DNA of 64,000 bases from Felis catus (GCF_018350175.1 NC_058383.1:11410001-11474000), one strand, 5' to 3'; counted from the stretch's first letter, positions 47,714 through 60,159 are shown. The notes: generated from the letters alone by a model not told the origin. A program made the numbers and translations.

Positions 47714-49204
47714 CTCCTTTGTACTATTTTTATTGAAGACTTAACCCATCCTCCTGGAGTCTCAGACTCCTTAGGGTGGCCAGACTGCCACCCTCACGAG
47801 CACTCATGGTCGGACCTCTTTGAATAAGATGGGTGATAACCTTGGGAAGAAGAAAATCAGAGCCCTCATGGGACGGAAGACCTGACTTGGGACTTGAACT
47901 TGTGTAGGGAGGCCTCCAACAGTTGTGTTGGGAACACAGACCAGAGCAAGAGCCTTCGGTTTCCTGGTGGGCAGTAATCACTTCCTGTCTTTGGAGTCCC
48001 ATCCTGGGCGGCAGGAAGGGAGGCGGCATGATGGAGAAAGACCCGAGCTCTTGTCCTCACTCAAGGGCAACCTGCCTACGGCCTTGAACAACCCGTCACC
48101 CGATTTTGCGCAGGCCACCCTCCCGACTCACCCACTCCTCTGCTGGGTGAATAATGAGCTTTATTTCTCTGTGGGGGGAGGGGAGGCGTGTGTGCCTCTG
48201 TTTCTCTTACTCAAAGGCCAACAGGACACCATGAGACGAATCTGCCGGTCTCCTTGGAAACAAAGAGAAGATCAGACTTCGGGTGTTTCATTTTTCACCA
48301 CTTTGGGTTAATACGTAAATGTGTGCAACCTTTTAGAAATCCCCACGCTTTCCTAGCGCTCATAAATTACATAAAAGCAAAGATCGAGGCCCACAACTCT
48401 TGTGTCTGTAATATGAAAAATGTGCTGGTATATCCACCCATAGCCCAAACGTATTACTGCTTTTATGTGCACCTTTCGTTGAAAAGATCGACGGGGATTT
48501 GGGCTTTCTTAGAGTGTCTGATGCGGTTCAGTCAGGCCCGTGTGCCGGTGGGGACTGAAGCATTTTTTTTTAGGCTGAGGCTCATTTTGGGGGGTGACAA
48601 AGCCTTGCTGTCCGAGGGGTACAGAGCCTTGAGCGGCACACCCCACTCTCGGGACTCTCGGGCACTCTAAACTGTCCTGGCATTGAGGGAGTCTGCTCAG
48701 TGTCTGAGGCCTAGTCCTCCCCTGTGCCTCCTCGTGGCCTCCTGCCTCTGGGTCCGGCTCCTACGACGTTGGCCCTCTTGGCGTTTTCCTGGACCTCACT
48801 CATCCTTTGTCTCTGTCGGCCCCACAGGGTGCCAGACCGGCCCCCTCCGGCCTCATTCTCACCCTGAAAACCTCCATCGGAGCTCACTTTCCCGGGAGAG
48901 CCAGAACGCTCCGTCCCTCCCCTTCGATTTTTCTCTCACGCCTGAATGCTCTCTCTCCAGTGCCTGGGGTGGGGTAGACAATCTAGCCCAGAGGAGCAGG
49001 ACCACTGGTCAAGACAATGGCCTGTGGTCGGTGGGCCCCGCCTTGAGGCCGCAGCACTGTCTGGGCCACTTGTGCGGGGAGTGCGGTGGGAGGAATGTCT
49101 CCGCTGGACAGCGTGTGTGGCCCTGGCCAGCCCGGTCCCCGGACAGCCGTGTTCCAGCCCCTGGTTTCGTACCCAGAGAGTGTCCTCCAGGGCTGTAAGG
49201 AAAC

Positions 49205-50025
49205 GCGTTTCCAAGTTAGGCTACTGTTCCTCACAAAGTCAGACAACGAGTTAGCACGTGACTCGGCAACTCTACCCCTCCCTGCGCACCAAAAGTAACT
49301 GAAAACAGATGTTCACACAAAAGCGGGCACACGAGTCGCAGCATTTTCCGCCATAGCCACAGACTGAAAAAGCCCAGATGTTCATTAACTGACGAACGGA
49401 TGAACAGTGTGGTGTCTCCATGCAAGGGAGTATTATTTGCCCACGAAAAGGAACGGCAGACTGACGCGCGCTAAAGCCTGGATGAACCCTGAAAGCAGGG
49501 TGCTAAGTGGAAGGGGCCGGACACAGAAGGACACGTATTACAGGATTTTATTTATAGGAAATGCCCAGAATGGGGACATCCGTAGAGCCAGAAAACAGGC
49601 AGGTGTGGCCAGGCGTGGCAGGAGCAGTGACTTCTGATGTGTGTGGAGTTTCTTTTTGTCTTAAAACAAGACAAAAATGATGATCATACAACATTGTGAA
49701 GGTACTCAGTGACACTGAATTATTATTTCTAAAAATGTTTTATTTATTTTTGAGAGAGAGACACACAGAGTGTGAGCAGGGGAGGGGCAGAGAGAGAGGG
49801 AGACAGAATCCGAAGCAGGCTCCGAGCTCTGAGCTGTTGGCACAGAGCCCAATGCGGGGCTCGAACTCAGGAACCTCGAGATCATGATCTGAGCCGAAGT
49901 CGGACGCTTAACCGACGGAGCCACCCAGGCGTCCCAGTGACACTGAATTATACTCTTTAAAATGATGCCCTTTAAAAATGGTTAATTTTATTTCATGGGA
50001 ATTTGATCTCAAAAAAAAAAAAAAA
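49205..50025 (+). mobile_element. L1MB-type 3' end with A tail, split by a Can-SINE
   Basis: ctgaaaacagatgttcacacaaaa...cctggatgaaccctgaaa...gctaagtggaagg...acaacattgtgaa...aaaatggttaatttta...A15. Confidence 0.85.
49724..49935 (-). mobile_element. Can-SINE (SINEC_Fc)
   Basis: 17-nt TSD cagtgacactgaattat at 49707-49723 and 49935-49951. Confidence 0.97.
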
Positions 50026-50114
50026 TTAGGCCAGACATCAGTCTGCCCTGTGGAGTGGGCGGACAGACACATGGAGAAACCAGTCATGTTCCTAGAACAA
50101 GAATCCGGCATGAG

Positions 50115-50530
50115 AGTCACATTAGGAATGGGGTGGGGGATATAAATAACAGAAGTTGTATTAACAATAAATGAAATCAATGAGGGTTTTTTATTTCTCA
50201 CTCAGAAGCCTGGGGTAGGTGGCCCAGGGATGCCGTGGTTGGCTCAGCAAAGACGTTAGGGACCCAAGCCATCATTCCTCTGCTCCATTATTCTTAGTGT
50301 GTAGGCTTTTGTATTCATTCTTATTGCCTCATAATCCCAAGATGGCTGCTGCAGTCCCGGCCACTGCATCCATTTTCCATGCAGGAATGAGAAGAAGTTG
50401 CAAAAAGTCAAAGGGCATTCTAGCTGAGTCAGATATTTTAAATAAGTTTTTCTGAAGCCTCCCTCATCAACAGTTCATCATATTAGTTCATATGATCACC
50501 CATAGATTTATCAAAGAAGGTACTTGGAAA
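50115..50530 (-). mobile_element. MLT1K/L-type MaLR LTR
   Basis: agggacccaagcc...cctctgctccattattcttagtgtg...cccaagatggctgctgcagtcccggcc...catccattttccatgcagga. Confidence 0.65.
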
Positions 50531-50730
50531 AAGGTACCTATATGAGGAGGGAAGAAGTCTGGAGATTGAACTACATGGAATGACTTGGCATGGCAGGGTC
50601 AGCACTGGTGAATTTTGACCCCAGCACTGTTTACGGCCACAACCTTTAGGAAGAGGGCACACCGTTTTTCCTTGGGGAAGGCTCATAGGGAACTTGATTT
50701 ATTTATTCTTTAAACTTTAATTAAAAAAAC

Positions 50731-50952
50731 TTTTAATGTTTATTTATTTTTGAGAAAGAGAGAGAGAGAGAGTGAGAGAGAGAGAGAATGAGCAGGGGAG
50801 AGGCAGAAAGAGAGGGAGACACAGAATCCAAAGTAGGCTCAGACTCTGAGCTGTCGGCACAGAGCCTGATGCAGGGCTCGAACTCATGAACTGTGAGATC
50901 ATGACCTGAGCCCAAGTCGGATGCTTAACCGACTGAGCCACCCAGGCGCCCC
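50731..50952 (-). mobile_element. Can-SINE (SINEC_Fc)
   Basis: Full element; TSD tttaattaaaaaa. Confidence 0.95.
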
Positions 50953-52156
50953 TAATTTTAATTAAAAAACATTTTTTTTTTGGTATTGCAATTGTGTTTC
51001 TATTTGCTGTGTTTGATCCATGTAAACAATTAGGATTCAAAACTAAAATCTTGTAGCACTTAGCGGAAAGTAGGGAACTGATTTAGCAGCAAACACATCG
51101 GAGGGAGGCAAGGTGTGCTGCTTGGGTAACTCCAGCCTCATCAAAAGCCAAGGCAGAGCTGATCCTGAGCTCAGGGCTGGGGTTCCCAGCTGAGAGAGGC
51201 TGGGGAGAGGCAGAGACACGAGGTGAGGTCAGGGCGCCCGACCTGATTTCCTCTACACGTCACGGCTCCGTGACCAGGGATTGTGCCTTACTCCTCTCAG
51301 TGTCCCCAGAGCCTAGCGTAATTCTCAGCACACGTTAGCCTCCATTTGTGGTTCAAAGATGGGATGAGTCCTCTGACTCTTCCAGCCTTAATTCGATATC
51401 TGCACTGCCCTGAATCTTCTGTGCATTTCGTGTTCCTCAGCAAGACCACCTCCGGCCACAGCGGGACAGTGGTGATGTGTTTGTGTAAGAGCTTTGCTTC
51501 CCAACCCCGACAGGGGGCCAGTCCTCTCCCTGAGCCCCCAGACCGGGTATTTTCGGAGAAACACAGGTTCTGTGGTCAGAAAGTAGCTTCCGAGGACCGG
51601 ACTTGAAAAGCCACTTTAAACCCGCAATGATTCAAGCAAGTGGCCGTGGCTCAGAGCCAAGCAAATCAAAGCAATAAAATGCACAGAGAGGCCCGAGTTT
51701 ACATAACTATTACGATAAAGCGAGGGGAATGATTTTAGTCAATGAGTTACTAACAGTTTGGACATTAAACTTCAGGGCGCGTTAAAAGATTAAAAAAAAA
51801 CCCATCAGAGCTCGAGAATAATACGTATGTTGATTTTTATATTCCAGTCAAAGAAAGAATTTTAAAGATTGGTGCAATTGACCACCTAAACATTTAAAAT
51901 TTTAGTGTGGCCAATTACTACCATAAACTAGAAAAAATAGTGTGACATGAGCTGGGGCATTTATTTGCAACATAGAATGCAGGAAAAAAGTGTGATACTC
52001 TTATGTCAAGAGTGTTTACCAATCAATAAAATAAAGGATAAATGCCCTGGTTATAAATTGGGCAAAAGACATAAATAGCAATTCACAAAAGAGAAAAGGC
52101 AAATGGCCAAGAAACATGAAGTCAGTGCAGTATCTTTCCAAATTGAAGAAGCATTT

Positions 52157-52345
52157 GGAGGCGCCTGGGTGGCTCAGTCGGTTGAGCGTCTGACTTTGGC
52201 TCAGGTCATGACCTTACAGTTTGTGGGTTCGAGCCCTGTGTCGGGCTTTGTGCTGACAGCTCAGAGCCTGGAGCCTGCTTCGGATTCTGTGTCTCCCTCT
52301 CTCTCTGCCCCTCCCCCCCCCTTAAAAATAAATAAACATTTAAAC
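52157..52345 (+). mobile_element. Can-SINE (SINEC_Fc)
   Basis: Full head to tail. Confidence 0.93.
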
Positions 52346-52553
52346 AACATGTCATTTTTTTCGGCCAAAAAATTGGCATTTTTGAAAAAGACAGTGCTAG
52401 CTTTAGAATTTGAGGAAACGGGGCACTTGACTACACTGATTTAACCTGGGGGACCCTTTTTTGGAGTGTGATTTCACAATATGTATAAACATGTGCTTAT
52501 TGTTTGACCTCAAAAAATTCCATTTGGAGGAATTTACCCTAAAGAGCAATCCT

Positions 52554-52760
52554 GGGGTGCCGGGGTGGCTCCCTCCTTAGGCATCTGACTTTGGCTCAGG
52601 TCATGACCTCACAGTTCATAAGTCTCAGTCCCACATCAGGTGAGCTCGAGTCCCGCTTCGGGTGAACATGAGCCCAGGGTGAGCCCTACTTCTCCCTCTC
52701 TCTGCTCCTTGTGGGATTCTCTCTTTCTTTCTGTCCCCTGCTCACTTGCACCCCCTTTCT

Positions 52761-52808
<48 letters not shown>

Positions 52809-52857
52809 AAAGGAAGAAAGAAAGAAAAAGAAAGAAAAAGAAAAAGAAAGAAAGAAA
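52554..52857 (+). mobile_element. Variant Can-SINE with (GAAA)n tail
   Basis: SINE head, atypical middle, (GAAA)n 52761-52857; TSD agcaatc(c/t)tgg. Confidence 0.85.
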
Positions 52858-52965
52858 GCAATCTTGGCTACAGATAAAGGTGTATTTGCAAGGATGTTTA
52901 TTGCAGCATTGTTTATAATAGGAAGAAATAGCCATAGTCTAATTGTACAGCAGAGGAATGGTTAA

Positions 52966-53183
52966 TGTTTATTTTATTTTTTTTTTTGAGAGAGAGATAG
53001 AGCGTGCGTGTGCGCGCAAGTCGGGGAGGGGCATAGAGAGAGAGGGAGACACAGAATCTGAGGCAGGCTCCAGGCTCTGAGCTGTCAGCACAGAGCCCGA
53101 CGCGGGGCTTGAACCCACGGACCGTGAGATCATGATCTGAGCCAAAGTTAGACGCTCAACCACCTGAGCCCCCCGGGGTGTCC
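52966..53183 (-). mobile_element. Can-SINE (SINEC_Fc)
   Basis: Full element; TSD gagga(a/g)tggttaa. Confidence 0.95.
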
Positions 53184-53475
53184 TGAGGAGTGGTTAAATA
53201 TAATTTTGTACAGCGACGCAGCAGAGTATTATGGGACAAGGAAAGATAGCGTGGAAGTTAGGGAGTCACAATTAGGACCCATACAACGAAAAAGCAGGTG
53301 CACAATCGTGTGTATGATATGACTGACTTTTACATGGGGACATGACTGTGTGCACACACGTGTATACAGAGGAACATAGGTAGTATATTGGGGTAACCTC
53401 TGGTTTTCACCTATGGCTATCAGTCACGTATGCATATTTAGAAACAAAAACTTAATTAAAAAAAAGGGAAAAAAG

Positions 53476-53651
53476 GGGGCGCCTGGGTGGCTCAATCAGT
53501 TGAGCGTCTGACCCTTGATTCCGGCTCAGGTCATGATCTCACGGTTCATGAGATCGAGCCCCGCGTCAGGCTCTGTGCTGACAGCGTGGAGCCTGCTTGG
53601 GATTCTCTCTTTCTCTCTCTCTCTCTCAAAATAGATAAACATTAAAAAAAA
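53476..53651 (+). mobile_element. Can-SINE
   Basis: Full head to A tail. Confidence 0.93.
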
Positions 53652-54059
53652 CCAACTTTGAATTGCAGTGTAGAGGAAATGGGATATGTATGAGGGCCCC
53701 CAGTCCATGTGGATAACTCGATAAATGCCATGCCCTTTATTTTCTCTGGTTACATTCTTTGCCTTATAAAAACGTGCACATAAGATAGGTTGTAATAGTA
53801 AGCTACTTAACAGTGAATTCTGAATTAACGTCTCCTCCCCCTCCCCCCAGATGGGTTTGATCCTAAGTCCGTAGGGTTTTCACTGTAAAATGAAAGGTTT
53901 GTTTCTATAACTGCCTATTTAAACAATAATTGCAGCCGTCTCCCGGTTTGTAGCAACACCGAAGTCAATGCCTTGGATTTTCTCCATTGTAATCTTTCCA
54001 CTCCAAAGCCACGTCGGAAACTCGTTCCTAAACATTGGTCTCCTGCCACCCCTCTTAGC

Positions 54060-55075
54060 TGAAACTTGCAAGGACTCGAATCCGAATTAGCCAAGTCGCA
54101 TTCCGTTAGCTGAATGTCCCAGGGCGGCCGCAAAGCCAACGCTGATTCTGTGGACAGACCGAGTTTGGGAGACGCTTGGTCAGAGCGTCCCCGATGTGCT
54201 GAAAAACTTGGCCGCTCTTTCTTTAAGCTGAGCGACAACCCCTGGCAGAAATCGGACGAAATCAACAATTCCCATGGATGACGCTTTTGAAAACCGCCGA
54301 CCGCGTCCTAGAAAACCAGACGTTTCTCCTCCAGATGATTTCGAAATGGCCCGCGGCCAGCTCCCTTCCGGGGTCGGCTCATCACCTCGTCCTGGTGTTG
54401 GTCAGGCCTCCCTCTCCAAGGCCCGGCTCGGCCGCGAACCTCATTAGGAGCCGGGTCTGTGTTCCTGGCAAACAGCTGCCTCTCGCACTTGGAAATGGAC
54501 GGGGAGGAAGACGGTCCCTGCAGCCGCTGTCAGCCTTAAACAGAAACATCTGCTCCTTGGGAGCCTTTTGCTGGCGGGGTTTGCAGGGAGATGCGTTCCG
54601 GGGACAGGCGACGGTGCCGCCTCCCCGCCTGGTGACATCAGCCCCAGAAAACTGCTACAGGGGACGGTGGGCCCTGGGAATAGTCCGCCCGCCGGGAGAA
54701 CGAAGCCTGAGCCGCACGTTTCATGAAGCTTTCAAAGCACAAGGCCCGGCTGAAAAAGAGAAATATTGCCAGGTGGTGAAAAGCGCTCCCGAAGAAAAAA
54801 AAAAATAAAAATAAAAAGAAAGAAAAGCTGATTGAATCCAGGGGCTCGGATTCTTTTGTTCTTCTTCCCTGTCCGCCGGGCGACAAATGAAGATTTCTGG
54901 TGCGCAAGCATCCGCTGAGACAAACCGTTTTCTTTTAGCCAGCTTCATCGGGCACCGGGCCACAGTCCTCAACGTCGAGGCCCAGATGAAATGAGACAGC
55001 CGAGGTGCGGGGTCTCGCCCGGAGGGCGGGGACGCCGTCCAAGCATACCCCTCCTCAGGACGGCCGGATCCTAAC
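54060..55075. promoter_or_regulatory. CpG island (no associated gene recognised)
   Basis: About 70 CpGs in ~1 kb by hand count, GC-rich, not repeat-derived as far as I can see. Confidence 0.65.
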
Positions 55076-55077
55076 TG

Positions 55078-55163
55078 TTCTCCCTCCCTCCCTCCTTCCT
55101 TCCTTCCGTCCTCCTTTCCTTCCTCCCTCCCTCCCTTCTTTCTTTCTTTCTTTTCTTTTCTTT

Positions 55164-55231
<68 letters not shown>

Positions 55232-55254
55232 TTCTTTCTTTCTTTCTTTCTTTT

Positions 55255-55310
<56 letters not shown>

Positions 55311-56048
55311 TTCTTTCTCCCTCTCTATTCCTTCCTTCCTCCCTCCCTGTCTCTTTCTCCCTCCCCCTTCCTTCCTTCCTTCCTTCCTTCCTTCCTTCCT
55401 TCCTTCCTCCCTCCCTCCCTCCCTCCCTCCCTCTCTTTCTCTCTCTCTCTTTCTCCCTCCCCCTTCCGTCCTTCCTTCCGTCCTTCCTTCCTCCCTCCCT
55501 CCCTCTCTTTCTCTCTCTCTCTTTCTCCCTCCCCCTTCCGTCCTTCCTTCCTCCCTCCCTCCCTCTCTTTCTCTCTCTCTCTTTCTTCCTCCCTCCCTCC
55601 CTCCCTCTCTTTCTCTCTCTCTCTTCCTTCCTCCCTCCCTCCCTCCCTCCCTCCCTCCCTCTCTTTCTCTCTCTCTCTTTCTTCCTCCCTCCCTCCCTCC
55701 CTCCCTCTCTTTCTCTCTCTCTCTTTCTTCCTCCCTCCCTCCCTCCCTCCCTCTCTTTCTCTCTCTCTCTCTTTCTCTTCCTTCCTTCCTTCCTTCCTTC
55801 CTTCCTTCCTTCCTTCCTTCCTTCCTCCCTCCCTCCCTCCCTCCCTCCCTCTCTTTCTCTCTCTCTCTTTCCCTTCCTTCCTTCCTTCCTCCCTCCCTCC
55901 CTCCCTCCCTCCCTCCCTCCCTCCCTCCCTCCCTCTCTTTCTCTCTCTCTCTTTCTTCCTCCCTCCCTCTCTCCCTTTCTCTCTCTCTCTTTCTTCCTCC
56001 CTCCCTCTCTCCCTCTCTCTTTCTCTCTGTCTTTCTATTTCTCCTCTT
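55078..56048. repeat. ~970-nt polypyrimidine/polypurine compound repeat (CTTT, CCTT, CCCT, CT units)
   Basis: Only 8 purines counted on the + strand across the tract. Confidence 0.97.
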
Positions 56049-56679
56049 GCACAAGGACAGCAATGAGCCCGATAACGACAGCTTTCTTTCAAGTTCTCCT
56101 TTTGGGCTTTTGCAGGGTTTTTGCTCATGCGCCCGCCGCAGGGTTTATTTATGTCACACAAATCAGGGACTGTAATCCTGAAGGGGTTTTACATTGTCCC
56201 CTTATGTCTGCTCCGTGGGGCTAATCCTTCACCGGCCCCTCCGTGACCACCGGGCTGGGCCGCTCTGGAAGAAACGCTCTCATGGTCACTCTGAGTCTGA
56301 GAAGAGCATCCCAGCCCTGTGTGATAGCGGAAAGTCACAGGTGATTGGTCGTGTTGAAGCCCACACTCCTGTGGGGAGCCTGGGACACGGCTGCCACCGG
56401 CCCCTCTGTTCCCCTTCTTGCTTCTTCTCCTGCTTCTCCTGATGTTCCTACCACCAGCCTCTGACCCCTGCAGACCTGGGGTCCGAGGAGGGAGAGGGGG
56501 TCAGGGGAACGCCACATCCTTGAGGGCAGGATGTCACGTTCTCCGCCCTTGAGGGGATTGAGGGGCTTTTCTCTTGGGGTGACTTTTGTGGAGTTTGACT
56601 TCTTCAGACACCCTCACCCCATTCCTGAGGACCGCTCATCAGTGGTTCCCTTGATGTGAGCGATGTATTTAAAGTAAAA

Positions 56680-56886
56680 ATTTTTTTGAAGTTTGTTTTA
56701 CGTATTTTGAGAGAGAGAGAAAGAGAGCACAGGAGGGACAGAACGAGAGGGAGAGAGAATCTCAAGCAGGCTCTGCACGCCTGGTGCAGAGCCCGATGTG
56801 GGGCTCCATCTCACAAACCGTGAGATCATGACCTGAGCCGGAATCAAGAGTCAGACACGTAACCAACTGAGCCGCGCAGGTGCCCC
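56680..56886 (-). mobile_element. Can-SINE
   Basis: Full element. Confidence 0.93.
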
Positions 56887-57759
56887 GTGATGCATTTTCC
56901 TGGGACCTGTTGCTTCTCGCTGACCCCCATGCTTCCAGGAGCGTCTCTAGCTTCTGTTTGCTGAGGTCCACTGGGCCTCCAAGTGGCCCTGTAGGGCAGG
57001 GTCTACACCTGGCTCATGGGAGACGTGTGGGTGCTTTGTCTCGACCCACCGGGCGAGGACGGACCGGAATGCCCCTCTCAGCCCCTCACCGACTCGTCTC
57101 GCATGCTGTATATTTCCCATGTAGGAAACAGACACCAGCCCCTTGTGTACCGAGTACTTTGGGGGCTGCTATTGAAACCACATGACCCCCTCTCCGAGCT
57201 TGGCAGGGGGTGGGGTTCTCACGTCAACAGCCGGCTCTCCACCTCTTCTTAATTGCCTTTCCTTGAACTCTTGGACTCTGGGCTCGGATTAGGAGACTGT
57301 CCCTTCCCCGTGGGGGCCGGGTTGGGGTTGGGGCTGAGCCCCGCTTTCTCCAAAGTAGCAGTCTTCAAGCATCTTCCCTAATCTTCACCCCGCAACCCTT
57401 GGTATGGGGGAGGTTGGAGCTATCAACTCCTAAAATTCACACGGCTCTTTGGCACACCCTGTGTGTGTGTTGGGTCTCCTCCGGCGTGTGATATCCGTCG
57501 TCTCGGGCGCCTGTGTTTCAGTGCCGTTCCCGGACTCTGCTGGCGGTTCCGTCTTCCTACTTGCCTCTGAGCTCTTGGAGGGGGAACTGAGGCTTGGCTA
57601 CCCTCTATCTTCAGCCGCTGGCACAGGGCCCGGTGTGTGGTAAGTGGTTGGTGCTTTCTCGCCGAACCGATGGGCAGATGCCATGCGTTCTCTTTTACCC
57701 AGTAAGCGGTAATTTGCCGAGCAAGGAAACCATCAGGTACCGCGTCCAGGCTGAGTCGG

Positions 57760-58712
57760 AGGAAGCAATGATAGATTCAACAGGGTGCTCTCACACCAGT
57801 CGCGATGGCTGCGTTAGTGCGTTAGTGCGTGTGACGACATCAGTTCCAGGGCTGGGGTGGGGACGGCACAAGATGAGCCCGGGACGTCTTGTCGCCAACA
57901 AGTAAAGGTTGCTTGAAAAAAAAAAAACAAAAAAAAAAATGACAGGACCGTGTCCAGAGGAGGTAGGAGCCAGCTTGGAGGAGCTCCCGGTGACCGAATC
58001 TGAGGATGAGCAACGAACTAACCATAGTCATGGGTGAGACGTAAAACAAAATCACTAACCAGGAATCCACGCTGGCCTACGGGAGTAAATAAGTAATTAG
58101 GCTGAAGAGAAAGTGTTTCCTTACAGTCGGATTCTCATTTTTGAACGTGGGCGGAACGATGGAACACCATACTGATGACCGTTCGAGGCCAAACCGACCA
58201 AAGGATGGTAAAGCGAACGGGCGATGAGATGCTTCGTGACATCAGGTGCTTCCTGATCCGAGGTACTGACCCGAGGGCACAACGTCGCTTCTGTGATTTT
58301 CCTGCCCGAAGTGCTGAGCGTAGACATGAGGGGACCTCAGAAAAACCCAAACCTGGGAACATTTTCCAAACTAACTGGCCAGGACTCTCTAACAATGTCA
58401 AAATCACGGAGGACGACGACAGGACTCCCCGAGACTGGAGAAGACAAAGGAGACCTCACAGCTGAATGCACTCCGGGGCCGTAGAGAAGATTCTGGAAAC
58501 AGTTGGAGCAGCTTGAATAAGGTCTGTAGATTAATTCAGAGTCTCGTGTCAATTTCGATTGCCTAATTTAGATCCTTGTGCTGTGGTTGCGTAAGACGTT
58601 AACATTCAGGGCAGGCGGATAAAGGTGGATGGGAATCACTCGTACCCGCGGATGCAGCTTTTTATTTTTTAGTAAGTCCGAATTTATTTCAAAGTTCAAG
58701 GTTCAAAAATAA
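57760..58712 (+). mobile_element. L1MC4-like 3' UTR fragment
   Basis: gtaggagccagcttggaggagctccc...cagaaaaacccaaacctgggaacattttccaaactaactggcc...gtgctgtggttgcgtaagacgttaacatt...gtaagtccgaatttatttcaaa. Confidence 0.75.
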
Positions 58713-59539
58713 GTTCACATTTAGGAGTTAAACATGACACAGTGGCACTCGCTGCCCTTTGTTGGCCCCGGCTGCCTTCCAGGCGCCACACCCCTAACCC
58801 TCTGCTGACCAGCCTGAATAGTTCCCCAATCTTTAAGTGCAAATGAAAACTTAGGTCTTATTTTTTCCAAGCGGTGGCTTACGAGCCAGCGGGCCTTATT
58901 CCCAGGAAGTGAGCATCTCTCTCTCTCTCTCTTGAAGCCTGTCCCAATCTTGGCTTTTTCAAGCATTACAACGATCCAAAGCGAGGTTGGTTTCACGCCA
59001 CAGCTACCTTCAGGAGCCATGCGGGGCCTGCTGTTGCTTCTCGTGGCCACATGGTGTCGCTGTTGGCACTCTGTCCTGCATAATCGCCCAGGCTGGGTCC
59101 GTCCAAATCTTGGCAGAGACTTCTGGGAATTTCTGAGATGAGTCTTGTCTCCATCCCACGGTTTGGCCGAAGGCACTCCAGGCTTGGCTCCCCGAGGTTG
59201 TCCTTCATTAAAGCTCACCTCGCATCCACAGCCCCATTCTAGAACCCATCTCATCCTGGGAATACTGGTTTCGGACTGGTGCCAGCATCTCACGGCTCAT
59301 GGACCCCTCTGCCTTCTCTCTATGGATCTCCATTTTCAAAACCCACCAGGCAGCGGTGGGGGGGGGGGTCCTCATCCTCTTTCCTCCTCCAAGGGGAGAC
59401 TGTCGGGGTGAAGCGTCTAAAGGGGACTTGCCAAGGAATTCCAAGATGTCTGCCTCTCATCCTGTCTGGGAGCGGCTAGCAATTACACTATGGTTTTCTG
59501 ACCCTCCCCCCCTTAGACACGAGAAAACATTGACCTCTG

Positions 59540-59800
59540 TGATACTTCATTTATTCCCTTTTCTCAACAAATAGGTATCGAGTGCCTGCTTGTGCTGGGT
59601 TCTAGAGATTTCTAAAAAACAAAAAAAAAGACAACAGTTCTAGACACAGAGGTTGTGACGCAGATCAAGAGAGACGAGGGGTAAGCACGGGGTGTCATGG
59701 GAGCACGGAAGGAAGAGGTCGTGGACGGAGTCAACTGCACAGGAAGGGGCTTGAGTTGAGTCGTGGAAGATGAAAGGTATGGCTGGTGTGTGAGGGGAGG
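59540..59800 (-). mobile_element. L2 fragment
   Basis: ttcatttattcc...caacaaataggtatcgagtgcctgcttgtgctggg. Confidence 0.55.
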
Positions 59801-60159
59801 GAGGATGTTAGGCTCAGAGGGAGCAGCAAGCTCGAAGACCCCAAGGGTGAATTTGAGCCCCCTGTGTGTCCACCCCTGGCTCCCAGCACCTCCATTGGTT
59901 TACCTCCCTACATATTATTTCCATTTCGTTCATCTGCATTTCCATGCCGGGCTCCACGCGTGAGCTCCGGGAGACTGAGGACCTGTCTGCCATGTCGACT
60001 GTGCTCCCGGCGCCTGGGATGTGGGAGGCTCTCAGTTTACAAAAATGGTGAAGCGATGACTCAGCTTAGCGCATCGGTGGCAACACAAGTCGTGGTTCTA
60101 TCTTGCTGGAATGACGACGTTTGGCCAAATGACGATGTTAGGCAAGTAATTGCAAAAAA

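Larger units (their letters stand above)
51850..53470 (+). mobile_element. Ancient L1M fragment interrupted by several Can-SINEs
   Basis: aaattgggcaaaagacataaatagcaattcacaaaagag...aaatggccaa...gcaaggatgtttattgcagcattgtttataata...ggttaaat. Confidence 0.75.

Noticed and set aside
4076..53708. Recurrent ORFs with peptides like MAQSVERPTSAQVMIS or GSGHDLTVREFEP
   Set aside because: These are translations of Can-SINE copies, not a gene family
55005..56161. Longest ORFs in the track (353, 330 and 278 aa)
   Set aside because: They are translations of the polypyrimidine/polypurine repeat, which lacks stop codons by composition; the peptides are low-complexity with no domain
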